A stretch of DNA of 64,000 bases from Candidatus Lambdaproteobacteria bacterium (GTDB taxonomy: Bacteria > SAR324 > JACQKK01). The position numbers and the translations under genes are program-made. A model generated the notes under the pieces. It did no database searches. It was not told the origin of the DNA and was given only the letters and a program-made list of their open reading frames with translations. The stretch spans positions 77,549 to 141,548 of the forward strand of contig JACQKK010000010.1 in assembly GCA_016204605.1 (NCBI GenBank), given 5' to 3'. Shown here one piece after another: positions 31,998 through 42,405 of this stretch (the stretch's first letter is position 1; each line of letters opens with the position of its first letter).

Positions 31998-32759
31998 TCA
32001 GAAGGGCTGCCCGATCGGGCGCAGCACGATGTCGTGAATCTGCACGTGACGCGGGGCGGCCAGCAGGTGCAGCACCTGCGCCGCCACGTCCTCCGCCCGC
32101 AGGAACTCGAAATCCGCATCGGTCGCGGTGCGCCAGGGCTCGTGACGCGCCGCACGCGGATGGAACTCGGTGCGCACCAGCCCGGGGGAGATCATGCCCA
32201 CCTTGATCGGGCTCCGCCGCTGGGCGAGCTCGGCCCGCAGCCCCTCGGTGATGACGCGCACGCCGTGCTTGGCGGCCGAGTAGTACACGTTCGTCTGGCC
32301 GGGCAGATAGCGATGGCCCGCCAGCGACGAGAGGTTGACGATCTGGGCGTCGGTCTTGCCGGTCATGTCCTGGACGGCTTCGCGGATGCAGACGGAGAGC
32401 GACAGGACATTGATCTCGAGCATCTCGCGCCAGTCGTCCGTCCGCCCCTCCAGCAGCGACCCGGCCACGCCGATCCCCGCGGAGTTGATCAGCACGTCCA
32501 CGCCGCCCCACCGGGCGCGCACCGCCCGGAACAGCGCCACGATCGCCGCCTCGTCGCGCAGGTCCGTCGGCACGTCGAGCGCCGCGCCTCTGCCGGCCTC
32601 GATCTCGCGGCGCACCTCGGCCAGGCGCGACCCCGTGCGGGCGGCGAGCGCCACCCGCAGCCCCGCGCCGCCCAGGGCCAGGGCCGTGGCGCGACCGATG
32701 CCGCTCGAGGCGCCCGTCACCAGCGCCACCCGGCCCTTCCAGCGTTCGAGTCCCTCCAC
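31998..32759 (-). CDS. SDR family oxidoreductase (tandem paralog of the previous gene)
   Basis: 253 aa with TGASSGIG and YSAAKHGV. It is ~50% identical to the downstream SDR. Confidence 0.8.
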   Translation of the reverse strand: MEGLERWKGRVALVTGASSGIGRATALALGGAGLRVALAARTGSRLAEVRREIEAGRGAALDVPTDLRDEAAIVALFRAVRARWGGVDVLINSAGIGVAGSLLEGRTDDWREMLEINVLSLSVCIREAVQDMTGKTDAQIVNLSSLAGHRYLPGQTNVYYSAAKHGVRVITEGLRAELAQRRSPIKVGMISPGLVRTEFHPRAARHEPWRTATDADFEFLRAEDVAAQVLHLLAAPRHVQIHDIVLRPIGQPF

Positions 32760-32978
32760 CGTGCGCTCCCTGATGGGTGGGTCGGCCCGCGGCCCTCCGC
32801 TCCGCCCGCCACCGAGCAGCCACCCCCACCGGGAACCTTACTAATGCGGAGGGCGCGGCGGAGTCAAGACGCACCCAGGCGGCGCGCACCCGTCCGCGAT
32901 CGCCGCACCGGCGTAGGCCTTCATGCCGGCGGGAGTGCGGAGGTGCTTCCGGCGCGGGGGGCGGGTCGGCGCAGAGGA

Positions 32979-34229
32979 TCAGCGGGCAGAGACGGCGCGA
33001 CCGCGCTCACCCAGGAACGGCGCTGTTTCGCGGATGTATCCCGGCAGATCGAACCCGAAGCTTTCCGGGCGAAGCGCGGCGGTGATCGAGAGGGGATTCT
33101 CGCCTTCCTGCTGCGCCAGGTCCACGATCTCGCCCGGAGGAACCAACTGGTGTAACGCATCGAACACAATCCACACCTGGGGCAGCAGCCGCGGACTGTG
33201 GTGGATCGACAACACGAGGCCGAGCCGGTTGTCGCTCAGCCGCACGAAGCTGCCCACCGGATAGAGCCCGAACGCTTCCTCGAACGCCTGCACCAGGTCG
33301 GGCCCGAACTCCTGGCTGCCCCACTTGCGGATCCAGTCCATGGCCTCGTAGGGGCTCAGGTGCCCCTTTTCCGTGTCGCCGTTGGTGAGCTTGTCGAAGG
33401 TGTCGGCGATCATCACGGGCTTGGCGAGCGGCGCGATCTCCTCGGCGACCAGCCCCTGGGGAAAGCCGCTGCCATCGCCACGCTCATGGTGGTGGAGCAG
33501 GATCATCAGGCTCTGGCGCTTGATCTCCTTGTAGCCATCGAGGATCTTGGCGCCTTCCAGCGCGTGGGTCTTGTACGTCTGATACTCTTCCGGCGTGAGC
33601 TCGCCGGTCTTTTCGAGCAGCGCTTTCATCAGGCGCATCTTGCCGATATCGTGCAGCGCCGCGCCCGTGCCCAGGATCTCCAGGTCCAACCGGCTCAGCC
33701 CGATGTGATAGCCGAGCAGCAGGCTCAGGATCGCCACCGACATGGAGTGGCGGAACGCCGACTCGCTGTGGGTCTTCAGATGCAGCAGGCTGTGCAGGGC
33801 GTCGCGGTTGCGCACGATGGAGGCGATGATCTCGTCGATCGACTCCTGCACGGGCTCCAAGGGCAACGCCTTGCCCTCGCGCACCGCCGACATCAGCGTG
33901 CCGATGTGCTGCAGCGCGCGATCGTGGATGCGCTCCGCAGTCGGCACCTCGTCGAAGTACGCGACCGGGTCCACCGCCGGCGGATGCGGCGAGGGCGCTG
34001 CGGCCTGCGGCTCGGGCGGCGCCTTCGGCCGCTCCGAGGCCGGCAGGTCCAGCCCCTTGTCGGTGTTGATGTAAACCTCGCGCACCTTGTAGCTCTTGAG
34101 CTGCTGCACCTGCCGCTCGCCGGTGATGAGGGGGCGGAAGACCGGCACCGAAAGCCAGTGGCGGTCCAACCGCTCGATGAACATGCCGGGTCGGAGCTGA
34201 TCGACCTTGATCTTGCGCAGCATGGGCAA
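32979..34229 (-). CDS. HD-GYP domain c-di-GMP phosphodiesterase-family protein
   Basis: 416 aa. The HD domain shows HDIGK ... HHHERGDGSGFP, an HD-GYP signature with the Tyr replaced by Phe. Confidence 0.8.
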   Translation of the reverse strand: MPMLRKIKVDQLRPGMFIERLDRHWLSVPVFRPLITGERQVQQLKSYKVREVYINTDKGLDLPASERPKAPPEPQAAAPSPHPPAVDPVAYFDEVPTAERIHDRALQHIGTLMSAVREGKALPLEPVQESIDEIIASIVRNRDALHSLLHLKTHSESAFRHSMSVAILSLLLGYHIGLSRLDLEILGTGAALHDIGKMRLMKALLEKTGELTPEEYQTYKTHALEGAKILDGYKEIKRQSLMILLHHHERGDGSGFPQGLVAEEIAPLAKPVMIADTFDKLTNGDTEKGHLSPYEAMDWIRKWGSQEFGPDLVQAFEEAFGLYPVGSFVRLSDNRLGLVLSIHHSPRLLPQVWIVFDALHQLVPPGEIVDLAQQEGENPLSITAALRPESFGFDLPGYIRETAPFLGERGRAVSAR

Positions 34230-34340
34230 TGCCTCAGGTGTGCACGCCCGCCAAGCGCCCGGCGCGCGAACAGATCGGTGTTCCGGCCCTGCGCGGGCCG
34301 GCGGGCAGCGCTGGTGACCGATCGTGCCGCCCCCGCGGAA

Positions 34341-34904
34341 TCAGCGCCATCCCTTCAAAGGCCAGCGGCCGGATGCGCCGGAGCGACCATCGAGCGGTGC
34401 TCTCTGTCGCTCTTGCAAGCGCAATACCGTGAAACGTTCCAACTGTACGCGCTCGTCCGCGCCGATGCCCCCTTTTTCCCGGCAGATTTCGAGCTGGCGC
34501 AGGGCCGTCTCGACGCCGGGGAGATCGGGGAGCAGCACGCCGCAGCGGACGCCCGCGCTGACGATCAAGCCGAAGCGGCGCGGGTCGTGCAGCGCCAGCT
34601 CCTCGATCGGCTCCGGCGACGAAAGCAGATCGATCGAGATGCGCAGCCGCTCCAGCTCCTCGGCGCCGACGGGATCGAAGCGCGGATCGCGGGTGGCGGC
34701 CGCCACGGCGTTCTCGATCACTTCCTCCTCCACCGTGGCGCGGGTCGGGCGCAGCGTGCCGATGCAGCCGCGCAGCGCGTGGCCGACCTTCAGCGACACG
34801 AAGCAGGCCCGCGGCGCCCCGCTGCCGGTTCGGGCGGGCGGGTGCGCACCGGCCAGCTGGTGGCGCAAGGCATTGCGCGCCAGCAGCAGCAGCGGATGGT
34901 CCAT
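34341..34904 (-). CDS. AMMECR1-domain protein
   Basis: CFVSLK...LRGCIGT is the AMMECR1 signature. Confidence 0.75.
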   Translation of the reverse strand: MDHPLLLLARNALRHQLAGAHPPARTGSGAPRACFVSLKVGHALRGCIGTLRPTRATVEEEVIENAVAAATRDPRFDPVGAEELERLRISIDLLSSPEPIEELALHDPRRFGLIVSAGVRCGVLLPDLPGVETALRQLEICREKGGIGADERVQLERFTVLRLQERQRAPLDGRSGASGRWPLKGWR

Positions 34905-34931
34905 GGCGCTCCGGGTCGATGGCTGTGGCGC

Positions 34932-35903
34932 TTACAATTCGCGCGCCACCGCGTAGTCCGCCAGGCCGGCCAGCATCTCGCGCTCGCGGCAGTCGGGCAG
35001 CGCGGCCAGCCCGAGCTTGGCCTGCTCGGCATAGCGCCGGGCCTCGGCCAGCGTGTAAGGCAGCACGTCGTGGCCGCGCATCAGGTCGATCACGCGCAGC
35101 ACGTCGCGATCCTCGATCGCGTCCTTGCGCAGGAGCGCCAGCAGCTCCTCGCGCTCGCCATTGCGGGCCACGTGCAGCAGGCGGCTCAGGGGGAGCGTCA
35201 CCTTGCGCTCCTTGAAGTCGGCGCCGAGCGGCTTGCCGATCTTGTCGCGCTCCGCGACGTAGTCGAGGGCGTCATCCACGATCTGGAACGCGATGCCGAG
35301 CCGGTTCCCGTACTCGTACAGCGCCTGCTGCTGTGCGGGGGTGGCGCCGTTGATGGCCGCGCCGATCTGGGCGGCGGCTGCGAACAGGCAGGCGGTCTTG
35401 TGGACGATGATATCGAGGTACTGCTGCTCGGTGGCCGTATCGAAGGTGCGGATCAGTTGCAGAATCTCCCCCTTGGCCATCAGGGACGTGGCGTGCGAGA
35501 TCACGTCCAGCACGGTCAGGTTTCCCCGCAGCGTCAGCGTGCGGAACGAGACCGCCAGCAGGTAATCGCCGACCAGTACGCTGGCCGCATTGCCCCAGAT
35601 GGCGCGGGGCGCCTTGCGCGCGCGCCGCAGATCGCCGTCGTCCACCACGTCGTCGTGCAGCAGCGTGGCCGTATGCAGATACTCGACCGCGCTGGCGGCC
35701 TTGTAGATGCCCTCGCCCAGCGGCCCGAACATCTTGGCCCCCACGATCAGCACCACGGGCCGCAGCCGCTTGCCGCCGGAGCTGACGATGTACTGGCCAA
35801 GCTCGTTCAGCAACGGGATCTCGGTGTGCAACTGCCCGAAGATCTCGCGCTCCACCTGGCCCAGATCGTCCTTGACGCTCTCGATCAGCTTGTTGATATC
35901 CAT
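34932..35903 (-). CDS. ispB: Polyprenyl (hepta/octaprenyl) diphosphate synthase
   Basis: 323 aa from MDINK, with the two Asp-rich motifs LLHDDVVDDGDLRR and QIVDDALD. Confidence 0.85.
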   Translation of the reverse strand: MDINKLIESVKDDLGQVEREIFGQLHTEIPLLNELGQYIVSSGGKRLRPVVLIVGAKMFGPLGEGIYKAASAVEYLHTATLLHDDVVDDGDLRRARKAPRAIWGNAASVLVGDYLLAVSFRTLTLRGNLTVLDVISHATSLMAKGEILQLIRTFDTATEQQYLDIIVHKTACLFAAAAQIGAAINGATPAQQQALYEYGNRLGIAFQIVDDALDYVAERDKIGKPLGADFKERKVTLPLSRLLHVARNGEREELLALLRKDAIEDRDVLRVIDLMRGHDVLPYTLAEARRYAEQAKLGLAALPDCREREMLAGLADYAVAREL

Positions 35904-36435
35904 CCGTATCGCCCAGAAATGAAAGCTCGCCTCGCACAGCCTTGCGCCGGCGTGGGGAGCGCCGGCCGACGTGCCCGGCAACCGCGCCTTGCTACCGGGA
36001 ATGTCTGCTCCTGCCGTCCGTGCGCTCGGGGGCGTGTACCATGTATCGGGCGCCTTTTGCTCTGAAAAGATACAAGGGTCCAGTCGGACGGATTATAACA
36101 TCTACCGGCGTGACCGCCATCGGCGAAGGGGACCCGGTTCAGGGCGCTCGCAAGAACGTCTCCATCCCCACGCCGCTGCCGTGGCCCGCGAGCATCGCGG
36201 CTCACGCCCGGCAACCCCGCGCGGCACTTCGGGCACCGCGCCCCGCGCGCGGGGTGCGACCGGAGGAGGGGTTGCGCGGGCGATCCGCACCGGAGAGCAG
36301 TTCGAGTCGAGCCATACCCCCGACCGATCCTGCGCTTGCCCCGCAGGGCCGGTTCCGCACCCGATCAAAGGCAGTTCGCCGGGCCCGCCGCCATCCCGGC
36401 GCGGGGCGCGAGCGGCGGGCTTGCCGCTCCCGACC

Positions 36436-37011
36436 ATGGCCAGCTTCCTGACCGTATGTTACCTTTTGCTGAGGGCATTGGCGCCGCTGGTGGCGCGTGC
36501 ATCCTCCGGCCGCCGGGGTCGGCGGGGTCTGGAGGATGGCGCGACGGCGCCCACGGCAGAGGGGGAGCGCGTGCAGCCGAGGCTTGCGGCGGTAGCGGTT
36601 CTGGCGGCCCTGCTCTGGGCCTCTCCGGCGCGGCCGTTCGAGTATCCGGCCCTCCGGGCCGAGATCACCGACGCCCTTGGCCAGCCGAGGGGCACCGCCC
36701 GCATCTATCGCAATTTCGTGCGCCTGCACGATGCCACCGGCCAGGAGCGGGGTGCCGTCGGCGTGGTAATCGCGGAAGGGTACGTGCGGCTGTTCCTCGT
36801 GCAGGCCAACGATCAGCGCACGCTGATCGGCTGGTCCCGCGACCACCGACTGTACGACGCGCAGAACAAGCTGGTCGGCTACTACAACTGGACCCCGACC
36901 TGGAGCTACGTCTACTCGCCGACGCTGAAAAAGGTGGGACAGGCACAATGCCTCGCGTATCAAGGCGTGTGCGCCGCCGGGGTCGCAGGTTTCCTGCTGG
37001 GCCTCTTTTGA
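36436..37011 (+). CDS. Hypothetical secreted protein (191 aa) with a signal peptide
   Basis: MASFLTVCYLLLRALAPLVARASSG looks like a signal peptide. The long upstream extension of the ORF is probably non-coding. Confidence 0.4.
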   Translation: MASFLTVCYLLLRALAPLVARASSGRRGRRGLEDGATAPTAEGERVQPRLAAVAVLAALLWASPARPFEYPALRAEITDALGQPRGTARIYRNFVRLHDATGQERGAVGVVIAEGYVRLFLVQANDQRTLIGWSRDHRLYDAQNKLVGYYNWTPTWSYVYSPTLKKVGQAQCLAYQGVCAAGVAGFLLGLF

Positions 37012-37069
37012 GCACCCCCGCGCCCCTGCCGCCGCACGGGCGCCTGGATCGCCCCAGGAGGCACACGCC

Positions 37070-38026
37070 ATGACGGAAAGCACGGCCCTGTTGACGGCGT
37101 CAACCGCCCTCGCGCTGCTGGCGCTGGCGCTGCAGCGTCCTCAGTGGCGCGACCGGCTCGGGCGGGCGGGCGCGGCCTGGGTGACCGCCGGCACGGTGCT
37201 GCCGCTGACCGATTTCGCGCTGGGCTATCTCGCGACGGGTGAGCGCATCGAGGCGCTGGCGCGCGATCCGTTGTTCTACGTACCCGCCTACGGGCTGACG
37301 GCCCTCGCCGGCGCCGCGCTGGTCGCCGCCATCGCCTGGGGCGGGGCCCAGGCGTCGCGCGCGGCCCTGCTGGTGGGGCTCGGCTATGGCCTGCACCTGG
37401 CGCTGGCGGTGCTGACCCCGACGGGACTCCCGCTGCTGGCCCCCTTCTCGCCGGACCCCATCGGCGTCCCGCTCTCGCCCGCGGGCCATCCGCTGCTGCT
37501 GGGATTGCTCTTGGCGCTGCTGGCGGCGGATCACCTGCCCGGTCGCACCCGGCCCTGGCTGAAGCGGGTGGCGCTGGCGGGCGTGGCGCTTTACGGTTCC
37601 GCGGCGATCGTGCAGTGGGGCTGGGTCGCGTGGCGCGCCCAGACCCTCAGGCCGCCCGGCGGCAGCGTGTCGGTCGAGCCGGCCGATCCGTTCCTGACGG
37701 AGTGGCTCGTCGTCGGCGAAGGGCGAGACACGTTCGAGGTGCGCCGCCAGCGCGCGTTCGCCGCCGCATGGGAGGAGCCGGTGCGCATCCCGCGCTGGAA
37801 CCACGTCCCCGAAACGCTGGCGCTGCTGGCCGATCCGCTGCTACAACGGCTGTACTATCGCCTGTTCCGCCAGCCGGTGGTCCGGGTGGAGCAGAGCGGG
37901 GCGCGCACCCACCTCTTCATCCAGGAGGTGCGAGACCAGGCGCCCCCGAGCGCCGGGGCCACGCTTTACGTGGAATCCGATGCCAATGCCCAGGATCGCC
38001 TGTACCAACTGCAGCGGCTGGATTAG
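37070..38026 (+). CDS. Hypothetical polytopic membrane protein
   Basis: 318 aa with several TM helices in the N-terminal two-thirds. I recognise no family. Confidence 0.45.
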   Translation: MTESTALLTASTALALLALALQRPQWRDRLGRAGAAWVTAGTVLPLTDFALGYLATGERIEALARDPLFYVPAYGLTALAGAALVAAIAWGGAQASRAALLVGLGYGLHLALAVLTPTGLPLLAPFSPDPIGVPLSPAGHPLLLGLLLALLAADHLPGRTRPWLKRVALAGVALYGSAAIVQWGWVAWRAQTLRPPGGSVSVEPADPFLTEWLVVGEGRDTFEVRRQRAFAAAWEEPVRIPRWNHVPETLALLADPLLQRLYYRLFRQPVVRVEQSGARTHLFIQEVRDQAPPSAGATLYVESDANAQDRLYQLQRLD

Positions 38027-38378
38027 CCCGGACGCGCCGCCGCCATGGGCGGGCTGGCGGCTGCGCCAGACCACGCTCGACGACCCCTCCCCGCGCCCGC
38101 GCCCGCCGGCCGGGGAGGATGACGGGGCGCAGCGGGGGCCGCTCCTGGCGGTGCGGGTGATGGACAACGCCGTCAACACCTACGCCGAGGTGATCGAGGT
38201 ATGCTGCCGTGTGCTCGGCGTTTCCGTGGAGCAGGCCTATCGGATGGCCCGCACCATCGACTCCCGCGGGAGCTGCGTGGTGTGCGTCCGAGCCGAGCCC
38301 GAGGCCCGCAGCGCTGCGGCCGGCATCGGCGCGATCGGCATCGAGGTACGGCTCGAGCCGTGCGGTGCGCCAATCTGA
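37980..38378 (+). CDS. ClpS-like adaptor-fold protein with an N-terminal Cys-rich segment
   Basis: The core LLAVRVMDNAVNTYAEVIEVCCRVLGVSVEQAYRMARTIDSRGSCVVCV aligns with the ClpS fold (YKVILLNDD.T.MEFV...). The start is uncertain. Confidence 0.45.
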   Translation: MPMPRIACTNCSGWISPDAPPPWAGWRLRQTTLDDPSPRPRPPAGEDDGAQRGPLLAVRVMDNAVNTYAEVIEVCCRVLGVSVEQAYRMARTIDSRGSCVVCVRAEPEARSAAAGIGAIGIEVRLEPCGAPI

Positions 38379-38537
38379 CTCTGGGCGCCGACCTGACTCT
38401 GGGTGCCGATCTGACCCCTGGCGCCGGAGTTTCGCGCTGCCCGCCGGGACTCCGCGGGGGCAGAAGGTGCCGCATTTGCATGCGAGTGTGCAGGATACCC
38501 CGACGGGCCGGAGCCACCGCAGAACGACGTTGACGTC

Positions 38538-39863
38538 ATGTCCGAGAATCGCAAGCTCAAGTACGCCCTGGTGCTCTCGGGCGGCGGCGCCCGCGGCGCC
38601 TATGAAGCGGGCGTGATGTACTACATCCGCACCCAGTTGCCGAAGGATCTGGCCGGCGCGCCGCTGTTCAACATCTTCTCCGGCACCAGCGTTGGCGCGA
38701 TCAACTCCGCGTTTCTCGCCGCCACGGCCGCCGATCCCCTCTATCAGGGCGCGCGCCTGCGCGAGCTGTGGCGCACGCTGGGCTCGGACGATATCTATTT
38801 CGCCGATACGCAGGCGCTGGCCGGGTTCCTGGTCAAGACCGGCTTCTTCGTGGCCACCAACTTCTTCGGCCTGCATGAGGCGCTGGAAAAGTCCGGCAAG
38901 ATCTCGACGTTCCCATTCCGCTGCGTGCTCAATACCACGCCGTTCCTGCTGTACCTGCGGCGCAACGTCCCCTGGTCGCAGATGCACGCCAACGTGCAGC
39001 GGCACATCGTGGATGCCATCACCGTCTCCACCACGCACATGCTGAGCGGCCACCTCACCTTGTTCGTGGAGAAGCACGCGGAAATGCCGTACCGGCAGGG
39101 GCCGCCCTATCCGGTGTTCGGGAACCTTTCGCCCCGCCACATCCTCGCCTCGGCCGCGATCCCGCTGATCTTCCCCATCATCCGCATCAACCGGCAGTTC
39201 TACGGCGACGGCAGCCTGCGCCAGAACACGCCCATGAGCCCGGCGATCCACCTGGGCGCGGACCGCATCCTGGTCGTGGTCGCCCAGCAGCCGCGCCAGG
39301 TGCGCCCGTTCCCCGGCAGCGGCGCGGCGGAGTATGATGCCGAGCCGGCGCTGGGCGACGTGCTGGGCCGCCTGCTGAACTCCCTCTTCGAGGACAAGCT
39401 CGCCTACGACCTCGAGCAGATGCGGCGCATCAACCACCTGATCGACGATTTCGAGCTGATCTTCGGTGCGGACGCGCTCGACAAGGTGAACGCCAACCGT
39501 CGCCAGCGCTTCAGCGGGCTGCGCGAGGTCTCGGAGCTCAAGAAGGTCGTGCCATTCGTGATCTCGCCGAGCGAGGATCTCGGCGCGCTGGCGCTCAGCC
39601 ACTACAAGCGTGTGCTCAGGCACCGCGAGTCGCTCAATCCGATCCATCGCTTCTTCGCGCGGGCCGTCGAAAGCACGCCGGAAGGCAACAACGATTTCTT
39701 GAGCTACCTCATGTTCGAGCCGGGCTACCTGAACACGCTGCTCGATCTCGGCTACCAGGATGCCCGGCGCGCCCACGACAACCTGGTGCACTTCTTCCGG
39801 GGCGAATCCCTCGTCGTGCCGGAAGGACCCAAGCTCCCGGCCCCGGCACGCACCACGGCCTGA
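38538..39863 (+). CDS. Patatin-like phospholipase
   Basis: 441 aa with an LVLSGGGARGAYEAG oxyanion motif, a GTSVGA (GxSxG) nucleophile, and a DGS/DGG catalytic Asp. Confidence 0.75.
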   Translation: MSENRKLKYALVLSGGGARGAYEAGVMYYIRTQLPKDLAGAPLFNIFSGTSVGAINSAFLAATAADPLYQGARLRELWRTLGSDDIYFADTQALAGFLVKTGFFVATNFFGLHEALEKSGKISTFPFRCVLNTTPFLLYLRRNVPWSQMHANVQRHIVDAITVSTTHMLSGHLTLFVEKHAEMPYRQGPPYPVFGNLSPRHILASAAIPLIFPIIRINRQFYGDGSLRQNTPMSPAIHLGADRILVVVAQQPRQVRPFPGSGAAEYDAEPALGDVLGRLLNSLFEDKLAYDLEQMRRINHLIDDFELIFGADALDKVNANRRQRFSGLREVSELKKVVPFVISPSEDLGALALSHYKRVLRHRESLNPIHRFFARAVESTPEGNNDFLSYLMFEPGYLNTLLDLGYQDARRAHDNLVHFFRGESLVVPEGPKLPAPARTTA

Positions 39864-40088
39864 GCCCCCGCCGCGCCGGGGATTGGGCGGCCGTCTCCGA
39901 TTCCGCTCGACGCGGGATCGCTACCCCCGGCCGCGCCGGCCGCGCACAGTGCATCGTCGCCCGGCTCGGCCCAGCAGATGCCGATCCGCCGCGACTATTC
40001 GTACACCTTGACAGGCGCCGGGTCGGCGACCCAGGCTTGCTGGTCGGGGAGAAGGGCAGGGGGGTGCTCATATGGCGAAGGTCTTCAC

Positions 40089-40544
40089 ATGGACGTGGGA
40101 CAGTTCTTCTTTAGCTTCTGGCAAGGCATCATTGCTTTGCTTGCGTTGCTGGTGAGCTGTTGGGCCGTGTGGACAGCTCATCGTGCAGACGTGCGAGCGG
40201 CAACATCTGCCAAACGTGAAGTGTATTGGCCGCTATATGCTGAGGTCCTCAGACTCCTCCTTGAATTGAACTCAGCAGGCGACGCGAGTGCCGTTCATGC
40301 CCTGTGGATTCGTGCGCGCAACTTGGAGGAATTCCACAAGCCTGTTATCGAACAGGAAGTCATCCATTTCTTCACGGAGTTGTCCGGAGACCTCCGCGAG
40401 TACGAGCGAAGTTTGAAATCACTCTCCGGAACGGTTTCGGATCGCGATTCGGCCGTCACGAAACGAGACGTCTTGTGGGCGCGACTCATGGCCCATCACA
40501 ACAAGTTGCGTGACGTATTCGGTCGCCTAATCAGGCTGAGTTGA
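40089..40544 (+). CDS. Hypothetical protein with an N-terminal TM helix, on a lower-GC islet
   Basis: 151 aa from MDVGQFFFSFWQGIIALLALLVSCWAVW. GC is about 50-55% against the ~70% background. Confidence 0.45.
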   Translation: MDVGQFFFSFWQGIIALLALLVSCWAVWTAHRADVRAATSAKREVYWPLYAEVLRLLLELNSAGDASAVHALWIRARNLEEFHKPVIEQEVIHFFTELSGDLREYERSLKSLSGTVSDRDSAVTKRDVLWARLMAHHNKLRDVFGRLIRLS

Positions 40545-40545
40545 T

Positions 40546-40640
40546 TACCCGGCCACCCCCAGAATTCCCCGCCGGATCGTCTGCACGGTCTCCTCGCTGA
40601 GGCCGCCCTTGCGGGCGACGGCCTGGGGGGCTGATTCCGC
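40546..40640 (-). pseudogene. Short remnant resembling the C-terminus of a recombinase/transposase HTH
   Basis: The minus-strand reading ...AVARKGGLSEETVQTIRRGILGVAG* has no start codon or upstream body, so the call is tentative. Confidence 0.25.
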
Positions 40641-40684
40641 TTTCCGGCGCGCCTCGGACTGCCAAGACAGGGCCGGCAGCGCCT

Positions 40685-40879
40685 GCGCCGACCTTGCTCG
40701 GTCCGGCCGAGGCGCCCATGCGCAGGCTCGCCGGCCGCTACCGCTGGATGCTGGGGCTGAGCGCGGAAACCATCGGCCCGAACCACCGCACCCTGCGCGC
40801 GGTGCTGGACGACCCCGCCCTCAAGCTCGGCACTCAGGAGCGCCTGGCAGTGGACGTGGAGCCGTACAATCTGATGTAG
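40685..40879 (+). pseudogene. priA: Orphan 3' fragment of primosomal protein N' (priA)
   Basis: LLGPAEAPMRRLAGRYRWMLGLSAE...LAVDVEPYNLM* matches the PriA C-terminus (VLGPVPAPMARLRGRYRWQ...LDVDP...). There is no upstream PriA body. Confidence 0.55.
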
Positions 40880-40974
40880 GGGAAGGCGAAGATCTCTTCC
40901 GCTGGCCCCCCTCGCCGTCTACGGAGCGGCGGGAGCTGCGCCGGGGGCGGGGCGCGATGCCGGACACACCCGCC

Positions 40975-42294
40975 CTACGTCCAGAGGAACCTCCGCATGC
41001 GGATGTTGAGCATGAGGGCGACACCGATCAGCATGGTGATCATCGAGGAGCCGCCGTAGCTGAAGAAGGGCAGCGGCACGCCCACCACCGGCAGCAGCCC
41101 GAGCGACATGCCGATGTTGACCAGCACCTGGGCCACCAAGATCGAGAGCACGCCCAGCGTGAGGAAGGCACTGAAGCGGTCGCGCGTCTGCAGGATGATG
41201 CCCGTGGCGCGGACGAACAGCACGGCGTAGAGCCCCAGCAGCACCACCGTGCCCGCGAAGCCCCACTCCTCGGCGAAGATGGCGAAGATGAAGTCGGTGT
41301 GGCGGGCGGGGAGGAAGTTCAGCGCCCCCTGCGTGCTCTCGCCGAAGCCCTTGCCCCAGAACCTGCCGCTGCCGACGGCCACGCGCGACTGGATCACGTG
41401 GTAGCCGGCGCCCAGGGGGTCGTGCTCCGGGTAGACGAACGTGATCAGCCGCCGCTGCTGATAGGGGCGCAGCAGCGCGGAGATGAACGGGCGGAAGGCG
41501 CGCTCCTCGATGGTGCGCCAGCGGGAGTCGAGCGACCCCTCGAAGCTGCCCTTCGGGAACGCCGCGTACAGGCTTGTTTCCCGGTAGAACTTTCGCCCCT
41601 CCAGCGCGCGGGAGGCATCGACCACCGGCGCGGCATCGTCGCGGCGCTCGAGCGCTTCGATCACGCCGTCGTCGACCTGGTAGAAGCCGAACTGGAACGA
41701 GGCCACGAGCAGCACCACCGCCAGCGCGCCGGCCGCCAGCAGGTACAGCAGCAGGCGCAGGCGGATGCCCGCCAGCACGATCAGCGGCAGGAACACGATC
41801 ACCAGCAGCAGCGCCGTGCCGAGATCCGGCTGCTTGACGATGAGGTAGAACGGCACCAGCACCAGCGCCGCCGGCACCAGCACCCCCTTGATGCCGAGGT
41901 TGCCCACGCGCTGGCTATCGCGGAAGTAGTAGGCGATCGCCAGCACCGTGGTGAACTTCGCGAACTCGGAGGGCTGGATGGAGATCGGCCCGAGATCGAA
42001 CCAGCGGCTGACCTCGCCGCTGCCGGCGCGCGCCAGCAGGGCGCTCAGCGCCAGGATCACCAGGCCGTGCAGCACGTAGGCCAGGGGCCCCAGCGCGCGG
42101 AAGTCGATCAGCAGCACCACGAATCCCGCTGCGAGCCCGAGCCCGATCCAATAGAGCTGGCGCAGCCAGTAGTGGGTGTTGCCGGGATAGCCCTTCGAGG
42201 CGGAATAGATCGCGGCCACGCCGATCAGGCAGATCAGCATCGTCACGCCGACCAGGAACCAGTCGAAGTTCGCCAGCAGCCTGCGATCGAACAT
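40975..42294 (-). CDS. rodA: Peptidoglycan glycosyltransferase RodA (SEDS family)
   Basis: 439 aa from MFDRRLLANFDW with 10 TM helices. ..FIFAIFAEEWGF.. and ..FFSYGGSSM.. are typical of RodA/FtsW. Confidence 0.85.
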   Translation of the reverse strand: MFDRRLLANFDWFLVGVTMLICLIGVAAIYSASKGYPGNTHYWLRQLYWIGLGLAAGFVVLLIDFRALGPLAYVLHGLVILALSALLARAGSGEVSRWFDLGPISIQPSEFAKFTTVLAIAYYFRDSQRVGNLGIKGVLVPAALVLVPFYLIVKQPDLGTALLLVIVFLPLIVLAGIRLRLLLYLLAAGALAVVLLVASFQFGFYQVDDGVIEALERRDDAAPVVDASRALEGRKFYRETSLYAAFPKGSFEGSLDSRWRTIEERAFRPFISALLRPYQQRRLITFVYPEHDPLGAGYHVIQSRVAVGSGRFWGKGFGESTQGALNFLPARHTDFIFAIFAEEWGFAGTVVLLGLYAVLFVRATGIILQTRDRFSAFLTLGVLSILVAQVLVNIGMSLGLLPVVGVPLPFFSYGGSSMITMLIGVALMLNIRMRRFLWT

Positions 42295-42405
42295 GGCGGT
42301 CAAGCACCGTGAAAGCGCCGGGCGCCGGTTCCGGGGTGAGGGGCGCCCCCCAGGCGGCCGGCGCATGCCGGGCGGGCGGCCCCGCGCGCACCCACCCCGG
42401 CCATG

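Noticed and set aside
40609-42312. 567-aa plus-strand ORF opposite rodA
   Set aside because: It is antisense to rodA. Its highly charged, low-complexity product is typical of GC-rich artefacts.
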